This document shows positions 1 through 10,047 of a DNA stretch of 64,000 nucleotides, piece by piece; the stretch's first letter is position 1; each line of letters begins with the position of its first letter. The position numbers and the translations under genes are program-made. A model generated the notes under the pieces. The model ran no database searches and was not told the DNA's origin. It saw nothing but the letters and a program-made list of their open reading frames with translations. The DNA is taken from the NCBI GenBank assembly GCA_947627995.1, contig CANQYE010000003.1, forward strand, positions 1,304 to 65,303. Reading direction: 5' to 3'. This DNA is from an uncultured Bacilli bacterium (lineage in GTDB: Bacteria > Bacillota_I > Bacilli_A > RF39 > UBA660).

Positions 1-1445
1 AGCCATATCCAATGTTAAAAATATCTAGATATTTAAAAATTAAAAAGACTGATGGTAAACATCTTTTCGGTCCTTATCAAAATGCCTATGCTGCTAGAAG
101 AATTGTAAAATTATTAAATCGTTTATATCCGCTTAAAAAATGTAATGGGATTAAAAAAGAATTATGTTTATATTACCATATTCATGAGTGTTTAGGATAT
201 TGTGTAAACAAACCTAATAATGAAGAGATAAATAAAATGAATGAAGAAATAATTTCTTTCTTAAAAGGAAATGAAAAGTTAATAAAAAATAAAATAATGG
301 ACTCTATTACTAAATATAGTGAATTATTGAATTATGAAGCAGCTTTAGAATTAAAACAAGAGCTTTCTTACATTGAAGTTATTCTAGAAAAACAAAAAAT
401 TGAAATTAGTGATTTATTAAATCGTGATATTATTAATTATTATTTTGATAATGGCTATATAAGTATTCAAATATTTTTCTTAAGAAATGGAAAAATGATA
501 GGAAGTTATAATGATATTGTTCCGGTAGTTACTGATTATATTGATGAGGTAGAAACTTATATTGCTAAATTTTATGTAAAACATGAAATTCCTAAAGAAA
601 TTTTAGTTGATAATTCATTAAATATAAATTTATTAAAAGAGATTTTAAATACCAATTTAATTGTTCCTAAACGTGGTAATAAAAAGAAATTATTAGATTT
701 AGCTAAAGAAAATGCTAAAATAAACTTTAAAAATAATTTTGAATTAATTAAAAAAGATGAAAAAAGAACTATTGTTGCAAATGATGCGTTAAAAAACATT
801 TTAAAAATGGATAAATTAGATAGAATTGAGGTTTTTGATAATTCCAATTTATTTGGTACTTTTTCAGTATCTGGGATGGTTGTTTTTAAAAATGGCTTAC
901 CATCAAAAAAAGATTATCGCAAATATAAGATAGTTATAGATAAAAATGATGATTATCATATGATGAAAGAAGTAATATATAGAAGATATTATAGATTATT
1001 AATGGAAAATGAAACAATGCCAGATTTAATTTTAGTAGATGGTGGTATAAATCAAATACATGCTGCTAAAGATGTAATAAATGATTTAAATTTAAAAATT
1101 AGAATATGTGGATTATTAAAAAATAAAGATCATAAAACTAACGAATTAATGGATGAAAATGGAAATATTATTTCGATTGAAAAAACCAGTGATGTTTTTC
1201 ATTATTTAACTAGAATGCAAGATGAAGTTCACAGATATACTATTAACTATCATCGGACAATTAGAAGTAAGGGAAGTATTACAAGCATTTTAGATGAAAT
1301 TCCAGGAATAGGCAAAACAAGAAAAAAAGAACTTATAAAAAAATATGGAAATATTAAAAATTTAAAGAATATAAGCGTTGAGGAATTAAGTACTATAATT
1401 CCTGTGAATGTTGCCAAAAATCTTCATAAATTTTTAAATGGATAA
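1..1445 (+). CDS. uvrC: Excinuclease ABC subunit C, C-terminal part (5' end lies outside the window)
   Basis: The translation contains FGPYQNAYAARRIVKLL and a C-terminal helix-hairpin-helix IPGIGKTRKKELIKKYGNIKNL typical of UvrC. The ORF runs open to the left edge of the window. Confidence 0.85.
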   Translation, partial: PYPMLKISRYLKIKKTDGKHLFGPYQNAYAARRIVKLLNRLYPLKKCNGIKKELCLYYHIHECLGYCVNKPNNEEINKMNEEIISFLKGNEKLIKNKIMDSITKYSELLNYEAALELKQELSYIEVILEKQKIEISDLLNRDIINYYFDNGYISIQIFFLRNGKMIGSYNDIVPVVTDYIDEVETYIAKFYVKHEIPKEILVDNSLNINLLKEILNTNLIVPKRGNKKKLLDLAKENAKINFKNNFELIKKDEKRTIVANDALKNILKMDKLDRIEVFDNSNLFGTFSVSGMVVFKNGLPSKKDYRKYKIVIDKNDDYHMMKEVIYRRYYRLLMENETMPDLILVDGGINQIHAAKDVINDLNLKIRICGLLKNKDHKTNELMDENGNIISIEKTSDVFHYLTRMQDEVHRYTINYHRTIRSKGSITSILDEIPGIGKTRKKELIKKYGNIKNLKNISVEELSTIIPVNVAKNLHKFLNG

Positions 1446-1574
1446 GTATAAAAAAATAAAATATTTATTTTACGTAAATAGCTTATCTTTTTATTTACAT
1501 TAAAATACTTAACAATTTTATTTTTAATTTTAAAAATATTTACTATGTGCTACAATTATTTTAGGTGATGATAG

Positions 1575-3086
1575 TTGAAAAAGGTATTAACTATAATTTT
1601 AGACGGATTTGGAATTCGGGAAGAAAAAAGCGGGAATGCTATTGCTATAGCCAATACTCCTAATTTTGATACTTTATGGGAAACGTACCCACATTGTTTA
1701 TTAAAAGCTAGCGAAGATGCTGTAGGTTTACCAATAGGACAATTTGGCAATAGTGAAGTTGGACATTCTACTATAGGAGCTGGTCACATAATAAAACAAG
1801 CTGATACTGAAATTGACGAGCTTTTAATGAATGATAATATTGATCAAAATGAAGCTTTTAATGAAATGATAGAATATATAGAAGATAATGAAGCAACTAT
1901 TCATTTAATAGGATTAGCAAGTGATGGAGGAGTTCATAGTAATATTAAATTTTTTAATGATATATTAATAAAATTAAAAAAAAGAAATATAAAAAAAGTA
2001 TACTTTCATTTAATAACTGATGGGAGGGATACGTCTCCTGTTTCATCATTAAATTTTATTGAATATATTAAATCTGGAATTAAACAAAATGGTATTGGTA
2101 GTATTGCAAGTATTTGCGGTAGATACTATGCTATGGATAGAGATAATAAATGGGATAGGACTAAACTTTATTATGATGCAATTACTAAAGGAATTGGTTA
2201 TAAGACAAATGATATAAATACCGTTATTGAAAATTGCTATAAAAAAGGAATAACAGATGAATTTTTACCACCTATAATAACTGATTTATCAGGAATTATA
2301 AAAGATAATGATGTAATATTCTGGTTAAACTTTCGTTCTGATCGTGCTAAACAAATTCTTCTTAGTTTAACTAATAGTGACTTTAAAAATTTTGCCACAT
2401 TAAAATATAATTTAAAATTAGTATGTTTTTATAAAGTTAGTAATAATATAAATTCGTTAAATTTATTAAATGATAAAGAAATATCAAACCCTTTAGGAAT
2501 TTATTTATCAAAATTAGGTCTTTCACAAGCTCGAATAGCTGAAACTGAAAAATATGCACATGTTACTTATTTTTTTGATGGCGGATATAATGGGGACATC
2601 GAAGGATGTGATAAATATTTAATCCCATCTCCTAAAGTTAATACATATGATAAAATTCCGGAAATGAGTGCGCTAAAGGTTATGGAACAAACTATTAATG
2701 CGATTGAAAAAGATTATGATTTTATATTAGTAAATTTTGCTAATCCAGATATGGTTGGACATACTGGAAATTTGCAAGCAACAATTAAAGCTATTGAATA
2801 TATAGATTTATGTTTAGGAAAAATTATTGAAGAAGCTAATAGTAATTTTTATAAAATAGTTCTTTTATCAGATCATGGAAATGCGGATTTAATGATTGAT
2901 GATAAAAATAGACCAGTAACTACTCATACCTTATCTAAAGTTCCATTTATAATAACAGATAAAAAAGTAAAACTTGTTGATGGTGATTTAACTAATGTTG
3001 CTCCAACAATATTAAAATATATGGATATTGCTTTGCCAAATGAAATGAAAAAAACAAAGTCATTATTTTATGAAGTTGAAGAATAA
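1575..3086 (+). CDS. gpmI: 2,3-bisphosphoglycerate-independent phosphoglycerate mutase
   Basis: The N-terminus LTIILDGFGIREEKSGNAIAIANTPNFDTLW and the motif GNSEVGHSTIGAG match iPGM. Translation starts at TTG, 7 nt downstream of an AGGTGATGA Shine-Dalgarno sequence. Confidence 0.88.
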   Translation: MKKVLTIILDGFGIREEKSGNAIAIANTPNFDTLWETYPHCLLKASEDAVGLPIGQFGNSEVGHSTIGAGHIIKQADTEIDELLMNDNIDQNEAFNEMIEYIEDNEATIHLIGLASDGGVHSNIKFFNDILIKLKKRNIKKVYFHLITDGRDTSPVSSLNFIEYIKSGIKQNGIGSIASICGRYYAMDRDNKWDRTKLYYDAITKGIGYKTNDINTVIENCYKKGITDEFLPPIITDLSGIIKDNDVIFWLNFRSDRAKQILLSLTNSDFKNFATLKYNLKLVCFYKVSNNINSLNLLNDKEISNPLGIYLSKLGLSQARIAETEKYAHVTYFFDGGYNGDIEGCDKYLIPSPKVNTYDKIPEMSALKVMEQTINAIEKDYDFILVNFANPDMVGHTGNLQATIKAIEYIDLCLGKIIEEANSNFYKIVLLSDHGNADLMIDDKNRPVTTHTLSKVPFIITDKKVKLVDGDLTNVAPTILKYMDIALPNEMKKTKSLFYEVEE

Positions 3087-3125
3087 TTTAAATTAATATA
3101 TAATAAAAAAAGAAAAGAGGAAATT

Positions 3126-3851
3126 ATGAAAAAATTAAAAAATTACTCATCTTTTATATTATTAGCATTAGCTTTTATTGGGGTAATAATATTATTAGTA
3201 TATGTTATAATTGGAAATAACAAACAAAATAAAGCAGAAACATCAAAAAAAGAATTAACAGATGCTTTAAAATTTAAAGAAGAATATGAAGGATTAAATG
3301 GAAAAAAGAATTCAGCTGATAAAGAATACCCAGAGATTAGTATCAGTGAAAATAATATAATAAAATATAGTTCATATGAAGAAATTTTTGATGTGATTGA
3401 TAATAAAAAAAGTGCTGTTATTTATTTAGGGTTTGAAACTTGTCCGTGGTGTAGAAATGCTATACCAAAATTGTTGCAAGCTGCTTCAGTAACAACTCTT
3501 GATAGCATTTTATATTTAAATATTAAAGATGATCGAAATGAATTAGAACTTAATGATGGAAAAATTGTAACTAAGAAAGAAGGAAATCCTAATTATATTA
3601 AATTAGTTGAAAAATTATCAGCGAAATTAAGTACATATAAAGGATTAAATGATGAATCAATTAAAAGAATATATGCACCAAGTGTAGTGTTTATTAAAAA
3701 TGGTGAAATATTAAATATTCATGTATCTACTGTTGATTCACAAACTGATCCTTATACTCCTTTAGATAGTAATCAATCAAAGGAATTATATGATATTTAT
3801 AAAGAAAATATTTTAAATGTTATTGGGACATCTTGTGATGAAGCATGTTGA
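3126..3851 (+). CDS. Membrane-anchored thioredoxin-fold protein with a CPWC redox motif
   Basis: An N-terminal TM helix is followed by LGFETCPWCRNAIPKL, a CxxC motif in thioredoxin-like context. The exact family is unresolved. Confidence 0.5.
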   Translation: MKKLKNYSSFILLALAFIGVIILLVYVIIGNNKQNKAETSKKELTDALKFKEEYEGLNGKKNSADKEYPEISISENNIIKYSSYEEIFDVIDNKKSAVIYLGFETCPWCRNAIPKLLQAASVTTLDSILYLNIKDDRNELELNDGKIVTKKEGNPNYIKLVEKLSAKLSTYKGLNDESIKRIYAPSVVFIKNGEILNIHVSTVDSQTDPYTPLDSNQSKELYDIYKENILNVIGTSCDEAC

Positions 3852-3917
3852 AATTTCATATTTTATTTAATTTTTCTTGCTAAAAATGGCAAAACTAATC
3901 GATTTTTGTCATTTTTT

Positions 3918-3950
3918 CTTGCAAACTTTTAGCACTTTGCTTATAATGAA
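3918..3950 (+). promoter_or_regulatory. Sigma-A-type promoter (TTGCAA, 17-nt spacer, TATAAT) for the downstream surface protein gene
   Basis: The sequence cTTGCAAacttttagcactttgctTATAATg is read directly. Confidence 0.4.
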
Positions 3951-4001
3951 TATTAGAAGGCTATGGCATATAGCTTCATAAAAATAGGGAGGTAAGGAAA
4001 A

Positions 4002-5198
4002 ATGAAAAAAGAAGATGCATCTAAAAAAGATGAAAGAACAATGTACATTGTCTTAGCAATAATTCTTATGATTGCAATAGGAATAATTGTAACTTGGTAT
4101 TTTACTAAAGATCGTTATGAAGATAAAGATTATGAAAAAACACCAAAAGTTACTACGAAAGAAAAAGAAAAAAAGGAAGAAACTAAAACTACAACTGAAA
4201 CAAATGTTAGTAAGTATGTAGCAACAACTACGAATTGTACACCAGAAGAAAATAACATAGAAGTTAAACCAGTAGTTGTAGAAACAACCGTAGCAGATGA
4301 AACTGAACCACAAGTAGTTAAACCAGAAATTATTTTACCAGAAGAATATACATATGATACTAATTGGGTAATAATGCATTCTAATGAAATTGATTTTAAT
4401 AGTGATATTTTTCTAGCTTCAGCTAAAGATATTAATGGAAATGTTTTACCGGTTGAAATGAAAGTTAAACTTATTAAAGAATCAGATGGCGTTGTTACTG
4501 AAGAAAAAGAATTAGAAAAAAATGAAGAAGGAAAATATGATTTAATTACTTTAGATAATACTTATACTCATGTTTTATTAATTTATTCTGTTGTTAATAA
4601 TATTAGTGGGGAGACTAATACTAAGGAAATTAAATTAAAAATTATACCTTCTCAAGAAACAGAATTTACTTTATATAATTTAGAAGAAAAAAGCAGGGAA
4701 ATAAAAGATGTTAATGTAATAGAAGTTACTGCAAAATTATCCGAAGGATCTAATTTTGAAAATATAACAAAAGAAAATATAAATGAATATATTACAGCAA
4801 AAAGTTATGGTGCAAAAATTGATTATGAGAGTGTAGATATTAATAAGGAAAATAGAACAATTACATTCACGATATCACCTGAAGCTGATGTGACTCCTGA
4901 TACAGTAACAATTAAAGTACTAGACAATGATTCTACATTAAAACAACTTACAATCGAAGGAATAGCAGCTGAAAAAATAACATATGAAGAAGCAAATCAT
5001 ACATATACTGTTACCGTAAGCAAATATTTAGATAAACTTGAAATAACTGGAGAAACATCAAGTAATAAAGCTACAATTGGCAGTAAAGAATTAATATTAA
5101 ATCCTGAAGAAGATGAAGAAAAATTTACAATTATAGTTACAGCAGAAGATAGTACATCAACAGAATATAGTATTATTGTTAAAAAAGAAGCAGAATAA
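4002..5198 (+). CDS. Membrane-anchored surface protein with a Thr-rich linker and a C-terminal cadherin-like beta-sandwich domain
   Basis: It has an N-terminal TM and a TTTETNVSKYVATTT linker. The C-terminal LKQLTIEGIAAEKITYEEANHTYTVTV...FTIIVTAEDSTSTEYSIIV resembles the cadherin-like domain (PF12733 type). Confidence 0.45.
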   Translation: MKKEDASKKDERTMYIVLAIILMIAIGIIVTWYFTKDRYEDKDYEKTPKVTTKEKEKKEETKTTTETNVSKYVATTTNCTPEENNIEVKPVVVETTVADETEPQVVKPEIILPEEYTYDTNWVIMHSNEIDFNSDIFLASAKDINGNVLPVEMKVKLIKESDGVVTEEKELEKNEEGKYDLITLDNTYTHVLLIYSVVNNISGETNTKEIKLKIIPSQETEFTLYNLEEKSREIKDVNVIEVTAKLSEGSNFENITKENINEYITAKSYGAKIDYESVDINKENRTITFTISPEADVTPDTVTIKVLDNDSTLKQLTIEGIAAEKITYEEANHTYTVTVSKYLDKLEITGETSSNKATIGSKELILNPEEDEEKFTIIVTAEDSTSTEYSIIVKKEAE

Positions 5199-5221
5199 AG
5201 AACTGATATTAATTGGAAATT

Positions 5222-5247
5222 AAACACTTTTAAAAGTGTTTTTTTCT
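5222..5247 (+). terminator. Rho-independent terminator
   Basis: Hairpin aacactttt/aaaagtgtt followed by a T-run. Confidence 0.5.
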
Positions 5248-5303
5248 TGTTTTAAATCTTTAATTATTTTATAATAAAAATATATATAAAAGGAAGTGAG
5301 ATT

Positions 5304-6587
5304 ATGCAAAATATAACTTTGTTACCTGCTGATTTGTATAAAGTAGTAAATAAAACTATTTTAACAAATAATGATAAAAATAATCTTATCAGTTTATATG
5401 AACCAATTATCGGTTCTCTTCCTATTAGCTTATATTTAACATTATGGCGAGAGTTAGACAGCTTAGAAAAAAGTTCTATAGATTTTACTCATCATCATTT
5501 AATGACATTAATGAAAGAAAATTTAGAAAATATTAAACGAGCACGTGAAATATTAGAAGCTTGTGGACTCATTAAAACATATTATTATGAGGGTAGTGTA
5601 AATAAATATATATATGAACTATATTCACCAATGAATCCATATGAATTTTTTAATCATCCTATTTTTAATGTAATACTATATAGTAATATTGGTAAAAATG
5701 AATATGAACATTTAAAAAACATGTATAAACAATTTAAAATTGATATGAAAGATTATACAGATATCAGTAAATCTATGGATGAAGTTTTTCAATCTGTTTC
5801 ACCTTTAAATATTGATAATAGTAATATTGTAGACGCTAATAAAAATAATATTAAATTTAAAAATAATATTGATTTTGATTTAATTATATCATCTTTACCT
5901 AAAGGTATTATTAATGAAAGAACTTTTAATAAAAAAACTAGAGAATTAATAAATAATCTTGCATTTATTTATAATTTAGATTCATTAAAGATTGTTGAAT
6001 TAATACGTAGTGTTTTAAATGATAATGGATATATCGATAAAGAAAATTTACGAAAAAGTGCAAGAGATTTTTATCAATACAACAATGGAAGTTTGCCTAC
6101 TTTGATTTATCGTACACAGCCTGAATATTTAAAAACACCAAATGGGGATATTTCTAATAAAGGGAAAATATTATTTGTTTTCGAAAATACTTCTCCGTAT
6201 GATTTTCTAAAAAGTAAATATAAGGGAGCTAGCTTAACTTCTAGAGATAAACGATTATTAGAAACTCTTGTTGTTGATTTAAAATTAAAACCTGCAGTTG
6301 TCAATGTTTTAATTGATTATATCTTAAAAATAAATAATAATAAACTAAATCAGGCATATGTGGAAACCATAGCTGGACAATGGAAAAGATTAGGTGTTGA
6401 AACAGCTAGTGAAGCTATGGAAGTTGCTGAAAAAGAACATAAAAAAATTAATAAAAAATTAAAAACTAATAGCAAAAAAATTACTGAAGATAAAAAACCT
6501 GTATGGTTTAATGAAAATATAGAAAAGGAAGAAGCAACAAACGAAGAAATAAAAGAGATGGAAGAATTGCTTAAAGAATTCAGGTGA
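5304..6587 (+). CDS. dnaB: DnaD-domain replication initiation and membrane attachment protein (Firmicutes DnaB type, not the helicase)
   Basis: It sits immediately upstream of dnaI as in the B. subtilis dnaB-dnaI operon. The C-terminal DnaD-like region contains the conserved Trp (ETIAGQWKRLGVETASEA). Confidence 0.55.
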   Translation: MQNITLLPADLYKVVNKTILTNNDKNNLISLYEPIIGSLPISLYLTLWRELDSLEKSSIDFTHHHLMTLMKENLENIKRAREILEACGLIKTYYYEGSVNKYIYELYSPMNPYEFFNHPIFNVILYSNIGKNEYEHLKNMYKQFKIDMKDYTDISKSMDEVFQSVSPLNIDNSNIVDANKNNIKFKNNIDFDLIISSLPKGIINERTFNKKTRELINNLAFIYNLDSLKIVELIRSVLNDNGYIDKENLRKSARDFYQYNNGSLPTLIYRTQPEYLKTPNGDISNKGKILFVFENTSPYDFLKSKYKGASLTSRDKRLLETLVVDLKLKPAVVNVLIDYILKINNNKLNQAYVETIAGQWKRLGVETASEAMEVAEKEHKKINKKLKTNSKKITEDKKPVWFNENIEKEEATNEEIKEMEELLKEFR

Positions 6588-6591
6588 TTAA

Positions 6592-7506
6592 ATGCAAAAT
6601 ATAAAAAAAACTTATAAAAATAATTATTCTAAAATAAACGCAAATTTAATGAATGATTATGCAATTGCATTAAAAAATAATGATTTTTTTGAATTAATAA
6701 AAAAATTAAAATTAAATGATAAAGTTGGGTGCAAGTTTACTTCAAAATTAGAAACTACTTGTGAAGAATTGAATAATTGCTCAAATTGTAGAGGACTTCC
6801 TGAGTGTAAAAACAAAGTCAATGGATACATTTATTTTCCTGAGAAAAAAGATGATACTTTATTATTTTCTTATATTGCTTGCAAGTATCAAAAGAAATAT
6901 ATAAATGAAAAAATACAAAAAAACAAAAATAAATACGATTTACCAATAGAAATTAAAAAAGCTTCTTTTAAAAATATTGATTTATCCGATCGAAAACGAA
7001 ATAAAGTAATTAGATGGTTAAAAACTTTTATTGATAATTATGGCAAAAAAGAAAATTTAAAGGGTTTATATTTGTATGGTAACTTTGGGTGTGGTAAAAC
7101 ATATTTAATAGCTGCTACTTTAAATGAACTTAAGAAAAAGGGTGTTGATTCATTATTAATTTATTTTTCTACTTTGCTTAGAAATTTAAAAGAGGCAATG
7201 GAAAATAATAATTTTTCTATTATGATGGATGATATATTAAATATTGATATTTTAGTAATTGATGATATTGGAGCTGAGAGCTTAACTAATTGGGGAAGAG
7301 ATGAAATACTTGGAAGCATTTTACAATATCGTATGGATAACAAACTTATTACTTTCTTTACTTCTAATTTATCACTAGAGGATTTAGAAAGTCATTTAAG
7401 TGAAACAGGCTATAAAACTGATGTAATCAAAGGGCGTAGAATAATTGAAAGAATTAAACAATTAACAGAACCTATTGAAATGGTTAGTGAAAACAGAAGA
7501 AAATAG
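6592..7506 (+). CDS. dnaI: Primosomal protein DnaI (helicase loader)
   Basis: An N-terminal Cys-rich zinc-binding region is followed by Walker A GNFGCGKTYL and Walker B LVIDDIGAE. Confidence 0.8.
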   Translation: MQNIKKTYKNNYSKINANLMNDYAIALKNNDFFELIKKLKLNDKVGCKFTSKLETTCEELNNCSNCRGLPECKNKVNGYIYFPEKKDDTLLFSYIACKYQKKYINEKIQKNKNKYDLPIEIKKASFKNIDLSDRKRNKVIRWLKTFIDNYGKKENLKGLYLYGNFGCGKTYLIAATLNELKKKGVDSLLIYFSTLLRNLKEAMENNNFSIMMDDILNIDILVIDDIGAESLTNWGRDEILGSILQYRMDNKLITFFTSNLSLEDLESHLSETGYKTDVIKGRRIIERIKQLTEPIEMVSENRRK

Positions 7507-7544
7507 ATTTTTCTTGTTAATTTGATATTAATATGTTATATTAA

Positions 7545-7750
7545 TATAGAAATCGATGATGAAAGACAAGATTTTTAATTATAGTTAAAAAGAGACTTAG
7601 TGGTTGGTGAAAACTAAGAGCAAGATTAAAAATTACTACTTTCTATGATGGGTTAATAAACTCCGGCTAAACCGTTATCTAAATTAAGTAATAAATTAGG
7701 ATGGTACCGCGATAACGCTCCTTAATAGGAGTGTTTATTTTTTTATTTTA
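7545..7750 (+). promoter_or_regulatory. T-box riboswitch leader of thrS
   Basis: The T-box sequence aattaGGATGGTACCGCGataa lies at 7695-7712, with a terminator hairpin gctccttaataggagtg plus T-run at 7717-7748. A stem I candidate carries the AGAGA motif and an ACU specifier (attACTAc). An upstream TTGTTA-17-TATATT promoter is present. Confidence 0.75.
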
Positions 7751-7771
7751 TTATTAGAAAGAAGGATTAAA

Positions 7772-9529
7772 ATGGAAAATATTAAAGAAAATAAAGAATT
7801 AAGTGTTTTAAATCATTCATGTGCTCATTTACTTGCCCAAGCTGTTAAACATTTATACCCACATGCTAAATTTTGGGTTGGACCAGTTATTGAAGAAGGC
7901 TTTTATTATGACATCGACTTAGGAGATGACGTAATAAAAGAAGAAGATTTAGCTAAAATAGAAAAAGAAATGAAAAAAATTTCTAAAGATGGTAAAAAAA
8001 TAATTCGTCATGAGCTTTCAAAAAAAGAAGCATTAGAAATATTTAAAAATGATGAATATAAAATAGATTTAATATCACGAATGGATGATAGTGAAGAAGT
8101 TATTTCATGTTATACACAAGGCGATTTTACAGATTTATGTCGTGGACCACATGTTGAAACAGTAAAACTTTTAAAAAATTTTAAACTTCTTAAAGTATCA
8201 GGTGCTTATTGGAAAGGTGATTCTAATAATAAAATGCTTCAAAGAATCTATGGTGTTTGTTTTAGCAATCCTGAAGATTTAGAAAATCACTTAGCTTTAC
8301 TTGAAGAAGCTAAAAAAAGAGATCATAAAAAATTAGGCAAAGAATTAGAATTATTTATGATGAGTGAATATGGGCCTGGATTTCCTTTCTTTTTAAATAA
8401 AGGAATGATATTAAGAAATATTTTAGAAAATTTTTGGTATGATGAACATACAAAAGAAGGATATGAATTTATAAAAACACCTATTATGTTAAACAAAGAA
8501 TTATGGGAATTATCTGGGCATTGGTATAATTATCGTGAAAATATGTATACAAGCGAAATTGATGATAAAACATTTGCCATTAAACCAATGAATTGTCCAG
8601 GAGGTATGTTAGTTTATAAAAATAGTTTACATTCTTATAAAGATCTTCCACTTCGTATTGGAGAATTAGGCCAAGTTCATCGTCATGAAGCCAGCGGTGC
8701 ATTAAATGGTTTATTTAGAGTTCGAACATTTACACAAGATGATGCTCATATTTTTATGCGAGCTGATCAAATAGAAAGTGAAGTAGTAAAGTTAATTAAT
8801 TTTATTGATCGTATGTATGCAATATTTGGGCTTACTTATGAAATTGAACTTTCTACAAGACCAGAGGAGAAATATATAGGCGAATTAGAAATTTGGGAAA
8901 AATCAGAAAAAGCATTAGAAGATGCATGTCATAAAGCTGGACATAAATGTAAAATTAATCCAGGGGATGGTGCATTTTATGGACCAAAATTGGATTTTCA
9001 TATTAAGGATTCTTTAGGAAGAGTATGGCAATGTGGAACAATACAATTGGATATGAATTTGCCAGAAAGATTTGATTTAACTTATATTGATGCTGATGGA
9101 ACCAAAAAAAGACCAGTTATGTTGCATCGAGTAATTTATGGTTCAATTGAAAGGTTTATTGGTATTTTAATCGAACATTTTGCAGGTGCCTTTCCTCTTT
9201 GGCTTTCTCCAGTTCAAATAAATATAATTCCTGTCAATAATGAATATCATTATAAATATGCTAAAGAAATATATGATATATTGAAAAAAAATAATATACG
9301 GGTAGAAATTGATAATCGTAATGAAAAGTTAAGTTATAAAATGCGTGAAAGTCAAACGAAAAAAATGCCTATTACTTTAATTCTTGGTGATAAAGAGAAA
9401 GAGAATAATTTGATAAGTTTTAGATTATTTGGTAGTAATGAAACAACTACTTTAAAATTTGATGATTTTATTTCAATATTAAATCATAATATCAAAAATA
9501 AAACATTAAAATTTAATATAAAGGACTAA
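7772..9529 (+). CDS. thrS: Threonyl-tRNA synthetase (short form lacking the N-terminal TGS domain)
   Basis: It contains the editing-domain HSCAHLLAQA, class II catalytic motifs and a C-terminal anticodon-binding domain. At 585 aa it begins at the N2 domain. Confidence 0.92.
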   Translation: MENIKENKELSVLNHSCAHLLAQAVKHLYPHAKFWVGPVIEEGFYYDIDLGDDVIKEEDLAKIEKEMKKISKDGKKIIRHELSKKEALEIFKNDEYKIDLISRMDDSEEVISCYTQGDFTDLCRGPHVETVKLLKNFKLLKVSGAYWKGDSNNKMLQRIYGVCFSNPEDLENHLALLEEAKKRDHKKLGKELELFMMSEYGPGFPFFLNKGMILRNILENFWYDEHTKEGYEFIKTPIMLNKELWELSGHWYNYRENMYTSEIDDKTFAIKPMNCPGGMLVYKNSLHSYKDLPLRIGELGQVHRHEASGALNGLFRVRTFTQDDAHIFMRADQIESEVVKLINFIDRMYAIFGLTYEIELSTRPEEKYIGELEIWEKSEKALEDACHKAGHKCKINPGDGAFYGPKLDFHIKDSLGRVWQCGTIQLDMNLPERFDLTYIDADGTKKRPVMLHRVIYGSIERFIGILIEHFAGAFPLWLSPVQINIIPVNNEYHYKYAKEIYDILKKNNIRVEIDNRNEKLSYKMRESQTKKMPITLILGDKEKENNLISFRLFGSNETTTLKFDDFISILNHNIKNKTLKFNIKD

Positions 9530-9533
9530 GTAA

Positions 9534-9944
9534 ATGGCATTTAGATATACTGATGAAGAATGTAATTTAATTTTAGATAAATCTGTTTTTTTCTATAATA
9601 TATTTTTTAATATTATGCATAGATATAAGGATATTTTATGCGAAAAAGGTATTTATAATAAATATTTGCAAATATTTAATTCAATATATTTTGTTTATGA
9701 CAAAGATTATATAAATGAAATAGTAAATAATCTTTATTTTTTAACGTATGCTTTAGAAAGTTTGCCAATAGAAATTAAAATTGATTATGCCCAAAAATAT
9801 CTTGAATTAATTGATGAAAATTTTGATGGAAAGTTTATTACTTTATGTAATCTTAATTTTGAAAAATGGCAACTAAAAAATGAAAAACAAATATTGAATG
9901 AAACAATTTTAAAGAAACTGGAAGATAGCTATTTATTTTCTTAA
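9534..9944 (+). CDS. Hypothetical protein co-transcribed with thrS
   Basis: The ORF starts 5 nt after thrS and a terminator follows. No recognisable motif. Confidence 0.45.
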   Translation: MAFRYTDEECNLILDKSVFFYNIFFNIMHRYKDILCEKGIYNKYLQIFNSIYFVYDKDYINEIVNNLYFLTYALESLPIEIKIDYAQKYLELIDENFDGKFITLCNLNFEKWQLKNEKQILNETILKKLEDSYLFS

Positions 9945-9961
9945 TAAATTTTATTAAATAG

Positions 9962-9990
9962 GCGAGAAATATTTTTATCTCGCTTTTTTT
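9962..9990 (+). terminator. Rho-independent terminator
   Basis: gcgagaaatatttttatctcgc followed by ttttttt. Confidence 0.55.
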
Positions 9991-10047
9991 ATTAATTAAT
10001 GATATTATAAAATTAATTAAATAATAAGAAGATTAGGATGTAGAAGT

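Noticed and set aside
9534-9944. The ORF downstream of thrS as YtxB/YtxC
   Set aside because: In Bacillus those genes lie upstream of thrS and are membrane or DedA-type. No similarity was seen.
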